NCBI RefSeq assembly: GCF_963921235.1
Contig: NC_086097.1
Location: 5,022,001-5,086,000 of the forward strand
Direction of reading: 5' to 3'
Source of the DNA: Mobula hypostoma
Lineage: Eukaryota
Length of the DNA: 64,000 nucleotides
How positions within the stretch are numbered: position 1 is the first letter of the stretch; every line of letters starts with the position of its first letter. The notes below the pieces were generated by a model, which was not told where the DNA came from, ran no database searches, and saw only the letters and a program-made list of their open reading frames with translations. Positions 25,665 to 39,014 of the stretch are shown here, in pieces. The translations under genes were made by a program, and so were the position numbers.

Positions 25665-26811
25665 TGTCACAAGTGCGGAGAAAGGGTGGACCCAAATGCA
25701 GGACACAAGCACATTTTGTAGGGTTAACTAAATAGAGTCTATTAATGATCACAAGGAAAGCCATGATGCAAGGATAGAACAGAGAGAAATCAAGGAGAGA
25801 GCAAAGCGGAAGCAGGAATTAACGTAATGGACTAGGACTCAGGGTCTGGGCCAGGGCTAAAACTAGGAAAGCGGGGCCAGGACAAGGAACTTGGAACTAA
25901 GAGCCTGGGCTGGGACTCCGAGACTGGACAGGGACCCGGCACCAGGGTCTTGACTCAGGCTTGAACCCCGGATCTAGGCGAAGACAAGACGTAGCTACAG
26001 GACTGGACATGGCTAGGCTACAGGACAGGACATGGCTAGGCTACAGGACAGGACGTGGAACTCCTGCACAGGACAAGAACACAAAGCCTTGACTTGGACT
26101 TAGAACTGGAACATGGACTTGATACTTGAACCTCGGAGCATGGACTTGATACTTGAAGCCTCGACTTGGACTTTGACATGAAGAGACAGTTCCCAACTCA
26201 AGGTAGCGGCAAATGGCCGGACCAACCTAGCAAAGGCATGGACACAGAGACAGTTCCCAACTCAAGATAGCAGCAAATGGCCGGATTTACCTAGTGAAGG
26301 CGTGGACACAGAGACAGTGAGCCAGGGCTCCTCCTAGGACACAGGACCGAGTCTGGGCTCTTTTTGACACAGGGTCAGGACCCTTGTAGGGCACAGGGCT
26401 GGGACTCTTTTTCGACACAGGACATGGAGACGGAGACCACACAACGATAGACAGTTCCTTATCTGGACACAAGTTTGCTCCAAGCAGCGGTGAGCTCCTG
26501 GTTCACCTCGACGGGTTAACTTTGACGGACTCACTCTGGCAGGGGAAAGCGGCTTCCTGGCACTTGCTTCGGGAGGAGACTTAGCTCGCACTAGCTTCGG
26601 TGACTTCGTTAATGCTCCATAACGCTCTCATGCCGAACGGCTGAAAGCTGGAGACTTATAAACTGCCATTTCAGTCGAGAGTAAGTTGCCTTTAATCACC
26701 AAGCTCAAGGGACATGGGAAAACAGGGAATTAAAGGGAAACAAGGAGTCAACAGTCCCAATCGTAACACAAACAAAGGAAATTTAAAGGGAACCTGATCC
26801 GGACCATGACA
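25665..26811 (-). mobile_element. Solo LTR (1147 bp, Gypsy-type probable) with internal tandem repeats
   Basis: TGTCA...TGACA termini; 5-bp TSD ATTAC at 25660-25664 and 26812-26816; interrupts a Rex1 3' fragment; strand tentative. Confidence 0.9.
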
Positions 26812-27229
26812 ATTACAGCATCAGGCTTTTGACCTGAAGGGATAATTTCACTCACCTCAACACTGAACTGTTCCCATAACCTATGAACTCATCTTCAAGG
26901 ACTCTTCATCTCACGATCCTGATACTTATTGCTTATTTATTATTATTATTATTTTTATTTTGTATTTGCATAGCCTTTTGTCTTTTGCTCATTGGTTGGC
27001 TGTCTGTATGATTTGAGGTATACCATTTTTTATTCTTTCTGTTGTGCACCATCACATTACATTTTAACATTAGGGGAAACAAATACTAGAATTGGAAATT
27101 TATTCATATTATAACAGGAAAGAATGCCCTGCTTGAACTTATAAAAAATTAATCATGCACATTACCCATGTCCAGCATATATAGCTAGCTATTTAACTCC
27201 ACTACTTTATATAGTAACAATTACTCTAA

Positions 27230-27600
27230 GTTCAAAGTACAAAGTATGTATACCATATACATCCTTGCGATTCATCTTCTTGCAGGCAGCCACAAAGCAA
27301 AGAAACACAATAGATTATCCATGAAAGCCCCCAACACAAGTAAGACCAACAGACACCCAATATGTAAAAAAACAAAAATATTGTGCAAACAATAAAAAAA
27401 ACTAAAGAATTAACATAGAGAACGTGAACTGCAGAGTCCCTAAAAGTGAGTTCACAGCCACAGAGCCAGTTCAATGCTGAGGTGAGCGAAGTCAGTCCAG
27501 GAGCCCGATGGCTGCAGGCCACAGACACCGAGTCAGTTCAGTGCTGAAGTGAGGAAAGCCTTCAGCCTTAATGCCTTAATCTTTTTAATCTGGCTCGGTG
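27230..27600 (-). mobile_element. Rex1-type 3' UTR fragment
   Basis: Similar to 6040-6360 and 11685-11925. Confidence 0.55.
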
Positions 27601-28124
27601 CTTAATTAGTTTAGAGTAAATTGTGAGTATATACATATAATAGAGGTAATACCTTCCTATCTAGATGACAGTTTGCTCTGAATGTTAGAAGATGACAAAG
27701 AAACCTTGGCAGGTTTATTAAATCGCAAACAACTGAAATTATTGTCATTTCATGGTCTATAGATTACTTTTCATTCTGCAACTTATTGCCTGTAATTGAT
27801 AGTTTAAAGCCTCATTTTCCAATTTACATCTAAATCAGTTGTTGATGCTAAATTAAATTAGCATATTATCTTGATATATAAAGCTTCCAATTTACGAAAG
27901 TCAATTATTTTGAAACTTTTAATCGCAAATTGTGTAATAACTGAGGACTAAATGCAATTAGAACTCAAAAGGTTAGAATATGGCACGAATTCCCAATTAA
28001 TTTATAAGCTTTCAAACTTTAACTGATCCAGATGGTTTCATATTTAGGTTGAGTTTATGCTGCTCATTACGTCTGCAAGACAGGTTTGTTTATTTGTGTT
28101 AAACAATGTAGATGAAGTATCCCA

Positions 28125-28372
28125 GTAGCGTAGCGGTTAACGCGATGCTATTACAGCTCAGGGTGTTTCCGAGTTCGGAGTCCAGTTCCTCTGAACATCC
28201 TCCCTGTGGATTGTGTGGGATTCTTCCCAGTGATCCAGTTTCCTCCCAGAGTCCAAAGACATACTGGGTAGGCTAATTAGTCATTGTAAATTGTGTTTAG
28301 GTTAGGGTTAAATTGGGTTTGTTGGAGGTTGCTGGGAAGGGCCTACTCTGTGCTATATCTCCAAATAAATAA
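28125..28372 (+). mobile_element. V-SINE-like tRNA-derived SINE
   Basis: A-box-like TAGCGTAGCGG, V-domain-like GTTTCCTCCCAGAGTCCAAAGAC, AAATAAATAAA tail. Confidence 0.8.
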
Positions 28373-28454
28373 AGATGCACAGAAGTCTCAAAGCAATGTT
28401 GAATGAGCCCAGAATGTTGATCAGGTGAGGTCAATTCCATATCCATCAGAAGGA

Positions 28455-28810
28455 AATCAGAATTCGGTTTAATATCATTGTGATATGTTATGAAAATTGA
28501 GGCAGCAGTACATTGGAATGCATAATGATTTAAAAAATCTATACATTACAGTAAAAAATATATATAAAGCTTAAAAAGTACTCTCGTAGTACAAAAAAGA
28601 ACGCAAAAGAAAGAAAACAATATACTGAGGTAATGTATATGACTTCATTGTCCATTCAGAAATCTGATGGTAGTGGGGAAGAAGCTGTTGGTGAAACATT
28701 CAGTATGCCTTCACGCTCTTGTATCTCCTCTTTGATGGTAGCAATGAAAAGGCGGCATGTCCTGGGTGATGGGTGTCCTTAATGATGGATGCCACCTTTT
28801 AGAGGCATCA
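28455..28810 (-). mobile_element. Rex1-type 3' fragment
   Basis: Reverse of ASIIKDTHHPGHAAFSLLPS-type coding end. Confidence 0.6.
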
Positions 28811-28822
28811 TTTGAGGCATTA

Positions 28823-30675
28823 TTACAGGGAAGATTCTAGCAGAGATAAAGTAGTGGCTGATTAGCAGGAGGCAAAGAGTGGGAATAAAGGGAGACTATT
28901 CTGACTGGCTGCCAGTTAGTGATGTTCCACAAGGTTCTGTGTGTGGACAGATTATTTTTACATTATATGTCAATGATTTGGATGATGGAATTGATGGCTT
29001 TGGTGCCAAGTACGCAGACCATATGCAGATAGGTGGAGAGGCAGGTAGTTTTGAGGAATTAGAGAGACTACAAAAGGACTCAGACAGATTGGGAGAAAAA
29101 GCAAAGAAATGGCAGGTGGAATATTGTGTCAGGAAGTGTTTGGTTATGCAGTTTGGGAGAAGAAATCGAAGGGTTGACTATCTTCTAAATGGAGAGAAAA
29201 TCAAAAATCTGAGGTCAAGGGGACTTAGGAGTCCTTGTGCAGGATTTCCTAAAGGTTAATTTGCAGGTTGAGTCTGTGGTGAGGAAGCCAAATGCGATGT
29301 TAGCATTCATTTCAAGAGGACTAGCATATAAAAGCAAGGATGTGATGTTGAAACTTTATAAAGCACTGGAGAGGCCTCACCTGGAGTATTATGAGCAGGT
29401 TTGTGCCCCTTATCTTAGAAGGGATGTGCTGAATTTGGAGAAGGTTCAAAGGAGGTTCCAATAGACAATAGACAATAGGTGCAGGAGTAGGCCATTCAGC
29501 CCTTCGAGCCAGCACCACCATTCACTGTGATCATGACTGATCATCCACAGTCAGTACCCTTTTCCTGCCTTCTCCCCATATCCCTTGACTCCGCTATCAT
29601 TAGAGCTCTATCTAATTCTTTCTTGAAAGCATCCAGAGAATTGGCCTCCACTGCCTTCTGAGGCAGAGCATTCCACATATCCACCACTCTCTGTGTGAAA
29701 AAGTTTTTCCTCAACTCCGTTCTAAATGGCCTACCCCTTATTCTTAAACTGTGCCCTTTGGTCTGGACTCACCCATCAGCGGGAACATGTTTCCTGCCTC
29801 TAGTTTGTCCAATCCCTTAATACTCTTATATGTTTCAATCAGATCCCCTCTCATCCTTCTAAATTCCAGTGTATACAAGCCCAGTCGCTCCAATCTTTCA
29901 ACATATGACAGTCCCGCCATCCCGGAAATTAACCTCGTGAACATACGCTGCACTCCCTCAATAGCAAGAATGTCCTTCCTCATATTTGGAGACCAAAACT
30001 GTACACAATACTCCAGGTGTGGTCTCACCAGGGCCCTGTGCAACTGCAGAAGGACCTCTTTGCTCCTATACTCAACTCCCCTTGTTATGGCCAACATGCC
30101 ATTAGCTTTCTTCACTGCCTGCTGTACCTGCATGCTTACTTTCAGTGACTGATGAACAAGGATACCTAGATCTCGTTGTTCTTCCCCTTTTCTTAACTTG
30201 ACACCATTCAGATAGTAATCTGCCTTCCTGTTCTTGCCACCAAAGTGGATAACCTCACATTTATTCACATTAAACTGCATCTGCCATGCATCTGCCCACT
30301 CACCCAACCTGTTGAAAGGCCTTGATAGAATGAATGTGGAGAGGATGTTTCCTATGGTGGAAGAGACTAAGACCAGAGGTCAGAGCCTCAGAATAGAGAA
30401 GCATCATTTTGGAATGGAGATGAAGAGGAATTTCTTTAACTAGAGAGTGCTGAAACTGTGGAATTCTTTGCCAAAGGCAGCTGTGGATGCCAGGTCTGTA
30501 TGTATATTTAAGGCAGAGGTTGATAGATTCTTGATTGTTCAGGGCATGAAGGGATATGGGGGGAAGGCAGGAGATTGGGACAGAGATGAAAATTGGATCA
30601 ACCATGGTCGAATGGCACAGTAGATGTGATGGGCCAAATGGCCTAGTTTTGCTCCATATCTATGGTCTTATGGTC
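28823..30675 (+). mobile_element. Old CR1 (RT to 3' end) split by nested CR1
   Basis: ORFs 28879..29259 and 29237..29464; resumes LKGLDRMNVERMFP at ~30313. Confidence 0.88.
29461..30312 (-). mobile_element. Nested CR1 with (ATAGACA)n tail (family D)
   Basis: ORF 29744..30307; tail ATAGACAATAGACAATAG. Confidence 0.93.
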
Positions 30676-30760
30676 ATACTTTGAAGGTGTCCTTGATGCT
30701 GGGGATAGAAAGACCTGGAGCAACTGTAATACTTTGGAACTGCAGGGCAGGTTTCATGTC

Positions 30761-31225
30761 TGTTGGATTCCGATGTTTCGAATCCAAGGTTCTTTCGGAA
30801 GTCAGGGAAGAGAGACACAATTTGTTGCTTCACAATTATTTTAATAAGCATTAATGGAAAAAAGAGAATTGAAAACAAATAGTGATAGATTTCTACAAGG
30901 GAAGGGAGAGAAGAAACAAAGATGGTCGTCAGTGTAGTCAACTCGTTTTATACCATATGCAGAAACATTCTATTAAAATTTGTAGATGAGAGTCAGCCAA
31001 GCCCTATTCAAGTAATGCAACACCAAAGAAGCTTCTATAATTTTCCCTAAGGATACAATAAAATTCACCTACTCGGAGAACTGAACAGCTGCATACACAT
31101 ATTGTGACCACTAAGAATCATACTAAACAGTTACATGTATATATGCAGTTAAATAAAATACAAAGTCAATTAATAGTTCGGCTGCAAAGAAAATGACTGT
31201 TAAACAGTTTAATCCACCAATGCCC
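30761..31225. repeat. Unclassified dispersed repeat (possibly old LTR), copy 1
   Basis: Collinear diverged similarity to 42570-43055 (TTCTTTCGGAAGTCAGG...TTGTTGCTTCACAAT...GTGACCACTA...CTAAACAGTTACATG). Confidence 0.7.
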
Positions 31226-32109
31226 GATTTATAATCCTTTCAGTAAGGAATATATTTCATTGAAATTTAGTGAGATAATTTCTGGCACTGAGCAGATGTG
31301 ACCAAGGCCACGGGGCACCGTTGGGCTCAGGGAAAGAGGCCGAAATGTGATAGGATCCTCGAAATGCTGGCAACTGGAGATTCTTTTGCGAGTGAAAATG
31401 CTCACTAAATCTGTGGAACATCGAACAGGTACCCTCCTTTCCCCAGCACACTCTTCAAATCACAGCTTCGACAGATCCCAGAACTGCTAGCTTAAAGATT
31501 TATTTTTTGACAGAGGAACAAGTTAATTATTCTTATCAACCTGATTTTGGGGCAGATTTGCATTTGGGTGCACAAAGCCCGGCACTATCATCAGGTGAAA
31601 TAAAAACAGCTTGTCATTCGATTTGGCCACCCAGTGCAGAGAATATATGTCCGGGAGACCACTTCTGCTGAAGTCTCTATTGACTTACCTTAATGTGGTC
31701 TGCCTGAGATCAAACTGTCTTAATTGTATCAAGTCAAAGATATGTGTGAGGTGAGTGCTTTATGGGATGTAAGCAGGACCTTCATCCTACTGGATTGGGA
31801 GAGGCCGGGCTGCAGGAGAATCTCCTCAATTCTTATCGTAGCAGTATATCACCTCAGGGTGTCACACGGGTGTAGCAGTGCTGTTGATGTGTAGGAATGA
31901 AATAGAACAGTACAGAAAGCATTGACTATGAATATAAAGAATGAAAAAGTATTGGATGGTTTATTTTTGTAAATAATATTTTATTGAGAATGAAGTTCAT
32001 ATTATGTAAAAAATATCTTCACCTTCAGTATACATCTGCCCCAGTGTCTAGTGAAAAAAAGGCAGAAAGAAATTTCTTTCAAATGACACAAATTGATGAA
32101 TGCACATTA

Positions 32110-33295
32110 TGCCGGTGACTAGTGGTGACCAATTCTTTTTACATTAAATGTCAATGATTTGGATGATGGATTTGATTGCTTTATTAGAAACATAGAAACA
32201 TAGAAAATAGGTGCAGGAGTAGGCCATTCGGCCCTTCGAGTCTGCACTGCCATTCAGTATGATCATGGCTGATCATCCCAACTCAGAACCCTGCACCAGC
32301 CTTCCCTCCATACCCCCTGATCCCTTTAGCCACAAGGGCCATATCTAACTCCCTGTTAAACATAGCCAATGAACTGGCCTCAACTGTTTCCTGTGGCAGA
32401 GAATTCCACAGATTCACCACTCTCTGTGTGAAGAAGTTTTTCCTAATCTCGGTCCTAAAAGGCTTCCCCTCTATCCTCAACTGTGACCCCTCGTTCTGGA
32501 CTTCCCCAACATCGGGAACAATCTTCCTGCATCTAGCCTGTCCAATCCCTTTAGGATCTTATACGTTTCAAATAGATCCCCCTCAATCTTCTAAATTCCA
32601 ACGAGTACAAGCCCAGTTCATCCAGTCTTTCTTCATATGAAAGTCCCGCCATCCCAGGATTATTGAAATCATATTAAATTTTATTGAAAGGTTAATTTAC
32701 AGGTTGAGTCGGTGGTGAGTAAGGCAAATGCAACATTAGCATTCATTTTGAGAGGACGAGAATATAGGTACAAGGATGTGATTTTGAGACTTTAGAAAGC
32801 GCTGGTGAGTGTCACTTGGAGTATCGTGAGCAGTTTTAGGTCCCTTATCTTAGAAACGATGTGCTGATGCTGGAGTGGGTTCATAGGAGATTCATGAGAA
32901 TGATTCCAGAATTGAACGGCTTGTCATATGAAAAGGATTTGATGGCCCTGGGCCATCATTAGAATTCAGAAGAATGAAGGGTGACCTCATGGAAACCCAT
33001 TGAATGGTGAAAGGCCTTGATAAAGTGGATGTGGACAGGATGTTTACTATGGTGGGAGAGTCAAAGGCCAAAGGACACAGCGTCAGAATAGAGAGATGTT
33101 CTTTAAAAATGGAGATGAAGAGGAATTTCTTTAGCCAGAGAGTGGTGAATCTGTGGAATTTGTTGCTACAGGCTGCTGTGGCGGTCATGAAGGACTACAG
33201 GGAGAAAGTGAGTGATTCAGAAAATGGATTAGTCATGATGAAATGGTGGAACAGACTCGATGGATCAAATGGCCTAGTTCTGCTCCTACATCTTG
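32110..33295 (+). mobile_element. Old CR1 fragment with nested family-C CR1 3' end (32185-32660, minus)
   Basis: ORF 33004..33312; nested ORF 32283..32480 and TAGAAACATAGAAACATAG tail. Confidence 0.88.
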
Positions 33296-33311
33296 TATTT
33301 ATATTATGTTG

Positions 33312-33603
33312 AGGTGACATGGTAGTGTGTAGCACGATGTTATTGCAGCTGCTGGCATCAGAGTACAGAGTTCATTTCAGACGTCCTCTATAAGGAGCTT
33401 GTACAGCTTTCACGTGAGCAAGGGTTTCCTCCGGGTGATCCGGTTTTCTCCTGCATTCCAAAGTCATGCCGGTTAGCAGGTTAATTGTTCATTGTAAATT
33501 GTCCTGTGATTAGGCTTGGATTAAAGAAATGGGTTGCTGGGTGGAGCAGTTTGACGGGGTGAAGGGTCCATGTCTACACTGTATCTCTAAATTGATAAAT
33601 AAA
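33312..33603 (+). mobile_element. V-SINE-like SINE
   Basis: GGGTTTCCTCCGGGTGATCCGGTTTTCTCC...CCAAAG...GGTTAATTG. Confidence 0.8.
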
Positions 33604-33984
33604 GGTCTTCTCCCTTCGGTATAGTTCTGCCTCAGTGCCTTGTAAAATTAAACAGAGGAATTTCTTTCAAATGCCACCATATGTTCAATGCACACTATGT
33701 GATCTTACATAAATTTGGGGACAGAATTTCCAGAGCAGCACCAAATGTCTGATTACATAATGAAACTGAAGTTCACATGAAACTTAATTATCCTGGGCAT
33801 GAAAAATGTTCGCCTTTACCTGAGGAGATTTTCATTGGGATTGAAGTGTGCCTTGAAGTAACAAGTAACTTACACAAGACAATGGAAGAGCTTGCTACAC
33901 AAGACTTGTTTTGAATACAGACCGAAACCACATCACACCGGAAGAAGCGACAGCTCCTTAAGGCAGCAATCATTGGAGGAGTGC

Positions 33985-34400
33985 AGTCCAGAGTAAATTC
34001 ATTATCAAAGTGTGTACACCATATGCAGTACTGACATTCATTCTCCCGCAGGCAACCACAAAACAAAGAAACACAATGGAATCCATGAAAAAAAACCCAC
34101 ACAACCAAGACTGACAAACACCCAATGTGCAAAAAAAGGTCAAATCCTTCTGATTCTGAAATAAACATAACATGCACAGAACATGAAGACGAAATAGCCA
34201 AATTCTGCTCCTATCACTTATGTTTTTATGTACTGCAGGGTCCCTGAAAGATAGCCCACTGCCACAGAGCCAGTTCACTGCTGAGGCGAGTGAAGTTGGT
34301 CCAGGAGCACAATGGCTGCAGGGCAACAACTACTCCTGAACCTGGTGGTGTGGGACCCAATTCTCCTGCACCTCCCCCGTGATGGCAGCAGCAAGAAGAG
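33985..34400 (-). mobile_element. Rex1-type 3' end
   Basis: 3' coding remnant plus UTR similar to 11685-12030. Confidence 0.6.
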
Positions 34401-34798
34401 GGAGCGATGCATTCTCCAGCAGGAGAATACCGGGCAAGTAGAAAATGGAAGTTAATAAGAGTAGATGTTGGAAATGCAGATTTGAAAAGGAAAATGGTGG
34501 ATATGGTCATCAGGTCAGGGAGTATCTGCGGGAAGAGAAACAGCTTTCATGTATCAACTCAAAAAATATTCTAATAAAGAATTTTTTATCTGAAATTCTA
34601 ACTCTGTTTCTTTCATTGATACTATCTCAACAATTGAATTCTTCAAGTATTTTCCACTTTTGAATAAGAAAAGAAAAATGGAACATGTACTCAGAGTAAT
34701 ACACAAAATACGAGAGGAGCTCAAGAGGTCAGGCAGCATCTATGGAGAAAGATTAAACAGTTGGTATTTTGGGCCAAGACTCTTCTTCAGCACAAACA

Positions 34799-35322
34799 AT
34801 CAGTTGCACTTTATGAGGTACACCTATATGCGTGTTTGTTAATTCAAATATCTAATCAGCCAATCATCTAGTAGCAACTCACTGCATAAAAGCATGCAGA
34901 CATGGTCAAGAGGTGGAATTGTTGTTCAGACCAAATGTCAGAATGGGCAAAAACTGTGATCTGAGTGACTTTGACCATGGAATGATTGTTGGTGACAGAT
35001 AGGGTGGTCTGAGTATCTCAGAAATTGCTAATCTGCTGGGATTTTCACAGACACCAGCCTCTAGAGTTTACAGAGAATGGTGCAAAAAAACAAAGAATCA
35101 TAAAGTGAGTGGCAGTTTCGTGAGCAAAAACACCTTGATGATGAGAGAGGTCATGCTGACAGGAAGGTGCCAGTAACTCAAATAACCACAGGTAACAACA
35201 GTTGCGTGCAGAAGGGCATCTCTAAAAGCACACCATGTTGAACCTTGAAGTGGATGGGCTACAGCAGCAGAAGATCACACTGGGTTCCACTCCTGTACGT
35301 AATAAAGTGGGCAATGGTTGTA
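34799..35322 (+). mobile_element. Decayed Tc1/mariner-type element
   Basis: Degenerate TIRs CACTTTATGAGGTAC / GTACGTAATAAAGTGG; transposase HTH remnant DLSDFDHGMIVG...SISEIANLLGFS. Confidence 0.8.
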
Positions 35323-35741
35323 CATACAGTAGGTCATTCAGTTTTTGGGCTCACTAAATTTTTTAACAAGATTATGTCTGATCTTCTCCTCACCATATTG
35401 TTCTTTCCTTATACGTATTATCTCCCCAATCCCTCCTGTATCCAAAAATACAGCTTTGAATGAGCTCATTGACCAAGCCTCCATGGCTTTCTGGGATATA
35501 GAATTCCAACGATTCACCATCTTCTGTGTGAATAAAAAAGCTAATTCTCATCCTGGCATGCAATAAAGCTCATTTTAAAACTATAAGCCCAACAAGTGTC
35601 AGGTTCCTGAGCTTGTGGAAATATTTTTTCCCTTTCTGTTCTACCCTGTTGATCCTGTTGAGAATTTTTGTGAATTTAATGAAGACTCCTCTCATTCTTC
35701 TAAATTCGAAAGAAAAGAGATCCAGAATATTCAATGAAGAA

Positions 35742-36352
35742 AACATAGAAAACCTACAGCACAATACAGGCCCTTCGGCCCACAAAGTTGTGCCGAACAT
35801 GTCCCTATCTTAGAGATTACTAGGCTTACCTATAGCTCTCTATTTTTCTAAGCTCCATGTACCTATCCAAAAGACTCTTAAAAGACCCTATCGTATCCAC
35901 CTCCACCACCATTGCCGGCAGCCCATTCCACACACTCACCACTCTCTGAGTAAAAAACTTACTCCTGACATCTCCTCTGTACCTACTCCCCAGCACCTTA
36001 AACCTGTGTCCTCCTGTGGCAACCATTTCAGCCCTGGGAAAAAGCCTCTGACTATCCACACGATCAATGCCTCTCATCATCTTATACACCTCTATCAGGT
36101 CATCTCTCATCCTCCGTCGCTCCAAGGGGAAAAGGCCGAGTTCACTCAACCTATTCTCATAAGGCATGCTCCCAATCCAGGCATCTTCCCTGTATATCTC
36201 CTCTGCACCCTTTCTATGGTTTCTATATCCTTCCTGTCGTGAGGTGACCGGAACTGAGCACAGTACTCCAAGTGGGGTCTGACCAGGGTCCTATATAGCT
36301 GCAACAGTACCTCTCAGCTCCCAAATTCAATTCCACGATTGATGAAGGCCAA
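35742..36352 (-). mobile_element. 5'-truncated CR1 (family A) inside an older CR1 fragment
   Basis: ORF 35826..36167; AACATAGAAAACCTACAGC tail. Confidence 0.93.
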
Positions 36353-36562
36353 TATGTCCTCATATGACAGATATATTATCCTGGGAATCAGACTAGTGAA
36401 TTGTTATTATGAATTCTTTCTGATAAATAACTGCATTTCTCAGCAAAGAGACTAAGATTTATACCAAAGCTGTGATTTCACCAGAGTCTATTTAGCAAGG
36501 AGAATTCAAGCTGATAGCTCAGACAAACACCATTGGGCAGGGAAACTTTTATTTCTTCTGCC

Positions 36563-36960
36563 ATGGTGTAGCGTGGCAGATAGCACAATGCCTTTGCAGC
36601 TTCCAGAGCTCAATTCTGCTACTGTCTGTCAGGAGTTTGTACGTTCTCCCATGACTGCTGGGTTTCCTCCCACAGTCTGAAAATGTAGTTGGTAGGTTAA
36701 TAAGAACATAAGACCCTAAGATATAGGAGCAGAAGTAGGCCATTTGGCCCATCTAGTCTCCTCCGCCATTCAATCATGGGTTGATCCGATTCTTCCAGTC
36801 ATCCTCACCCCACTGCCTTCTCCCCATACCCTTTGATGCCCTGGCTAATCAAGAATGGGTCATTGAAATTGTCCCTTGTTTCGGCTTGGATTGCTGGGCA
36901 GTGTGGTTTATTGGGCCAGAAGGCCCTGTTCTACTCTGTTTCTCTAAATAAGTAAATAAA
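36563..36960 (+). mobile_element. V-SINE-like SINE interrupted by a CR1 3' UTR (~36702-36855, minus)
   Basis: GGGTTTCCTCCCACAGTC; TAAGAACATAAGAC tail inside. Confidence 0.7.
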
Positions 36961-37189
36961 ATTCTTAGATATTGTTCTGGATTCAAATTTCAGGAGCTGT
37001 GATTATTATTTACCTTTTTTAAAAATAATTGCACAGAATTTAAAATATACCGAAGTCTGGCTGAGACGAATAAGAAACGGGTAGATTGGTGCTAATGTAC
37101 AGATCTGTGAAGGTGTGCACACTATTATAAAATCCATTTTGTCATCTCATGTTGAATATTCTTTTCTACAAGCCTATCTGAATTCTGCT

Positions 37190-38470
37190 GGGCAGTGCAG
37201 AGAAAAACACAGGTGATAGGTGAAACCAGCAGGGAGAGGGATGAAGTGAAGAGATGGGAAGTTGATTGGTGAAAGAGATACAGGGCTGGAGAAAGAGGTG
37301 TCTGACAGGAGAGGGTAGAGGGCCATGGGAAAAAGAAAAGGGGGGAGGAGCACCAGAGGGAGGTGATGAATGGGCAAGGAGATAAAATGAGAGAGAGAAA
37401 AGGGGATGGGGAACGGGGAGGAAGGTTGGGGTCATTACCAGAAGTTTGAGAAATCGATGTTCATGCTGTTGTAGCTTGGACGAAATCACCAGAGAGACAG
37501 TCACTGGTAGATATAAAGCAGCTTCTTTATTCGACATTACAAGGTACAGCAGACATCCATGGAAGGAGACGCTTTCCGCAGAAAGGTCTGCTAGCCCAAT
37601 GTGGGCTCGATATTTATCTGCTAAACACAGAGGCAATTGCTGTTTGAAAAGTTATAGACAATGCATAGACAATACTTCCTATTGAAGCTACATACAAAAT
37701 ATCACACCATCCTTTCCTTCTGACACCAACATGTCTGGGTTGGTATCCACAGCCTTTAGGAATGCAATTAAATCCATCATACATTTATTTGGCATTTGAC
37801 GTGCTAACATAGAAGAAAATTAATATTTATAATGTATAGATAATACTGTCTTCGAAACTACAGCATCTGGTCAAACTACAGTGCCAGAAGCGTCTGGTAC
37901 TCACACCCTTTTAGGAAGCCCATTGTTGTGGACTCAATCCACAGTACTTGGTCAAATCGAAGTCTGGTGGCCAAAGTCACTTAAGTGTAAACAAATCATC
38001 TACCCAAAAAAACATGCCATCAGGTTGGAGGCTACCCAGACGGAATACAAGGTGCTGTTCCTCCAACTGGAGTGTGGCCACATCACAACAGTAGAAGAGG
38101 ACATGGATTGACATATCAGAATGGGAGTGGGAAGTGAAATTAAAATTGGTGGCCTCTGGGAGATCCTGCTTCTTCTGGCGGAAGGAGCGTAAGTGCTCAG
38201 TGAAATGGTTTCATTGATATACAGGAGGCCACACCGGAAGCACCAAACACAGTATATGAGCCCAACAGACAAACTGGTGAAGTGTCACCTCACCTGGAAG
38301 GACTGTTTGGGTCCCTAAATGGTAGTGATGGAGGAGGTGTAGGGGCAGGTGTAGCACTTGTTCCGCTTGCAAGGATAAGTGCCAGGAGGGATATCAGTGC
38401 AGGCGGGAAGAATGGACACAGGAGTTGCACAGGAAGCAATCCCTGCGGAAAGCAGAAAGTGGAGGAGAGT
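37190..38470 (-). mobile_element. Old Penelope-like fragment (GIY-YIG region) split by a solo LTR
   Basis: ORF 38000..38272 GLIYCVWCFRCGLLYINET; TTCATGC|CATCAGG rejoins across the LTR. Confidence 0.85.
37467..38012 (-). mobile_element. Solo LTR, same family as 48866-49434
   Basis: Reverse-complement similarity over its length; starts TGTTGTAG; CATGC duplicated at 37462-37466 and 38013-38017. Confidence 0.9.
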
Positions 38471-38627
38471 GCTTGGAGGTGGGATTCTGTTGGAGAATTA
38501 TTGCTTCCCAAGGTTCAGTTATTCAAATCTACAATCTTTATAAACATGACTGAGTTGCCAAAGTCAAATGTTCCAGGGGCAATAGCATTAAAATCGTTGC
38601 TTTTGAAGGATCTTTGATCTCATATAT

Positions 38628-38929
38628 AGGCATCTGTTAGTCTTATGAGACCATGGATTTGTGCCTTGGAAGTTTTCCAGGGCGCAGGCCTGGGAAAGGT
38701 TATATGGAAGACCAACAGTTCCCATGCTGCAACTCTCCCCTCTCCACGCCACCGATGTTGTCCAAGGGAAGGGCATTAGGACCCATACAGCTTGGCACCG
38801 GTATCGTCGCAAAGCAATGTGTGGTTAAGTGCCTTGCTCAAGGACACACACGCTGCCTCAGCCAAGGCTCGAACTAGCGACCTTCAAATCACTAGACGAA
38901 CACCTTAACCACTTGCCATGCGCCAACAC
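38628..38929 (-). mobile_element. tRNA-derived SINE with 12-bp TSD
   Basis: A box TGGCAAGTGG, B box GTTCGAGCC, core GTGTCCTTGAGCAAGGCACTTAAC; TSD GATCTCATATAT at 38616-38627 and 38930-38941. Confidence 0.9.
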
Positions 38930-39014
38930 GATCTCATATATTAACTCTGTTTTTCTAAAGATGATACTTGCCCTGTTGTATATTTCCAGAATTTTGTATT
39001 TTCATTACTGATTT

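Noticed and set aside
25980..26330. CRISPR-like repeat array
   Set aside because: Direct tandem duplications without unique spacers, inside a eukaryotic LTR
38840..38929. tRNA gene
   Set aside because: A and B boxes belong to a SINE head with TSD; no cloverleaf or terminator
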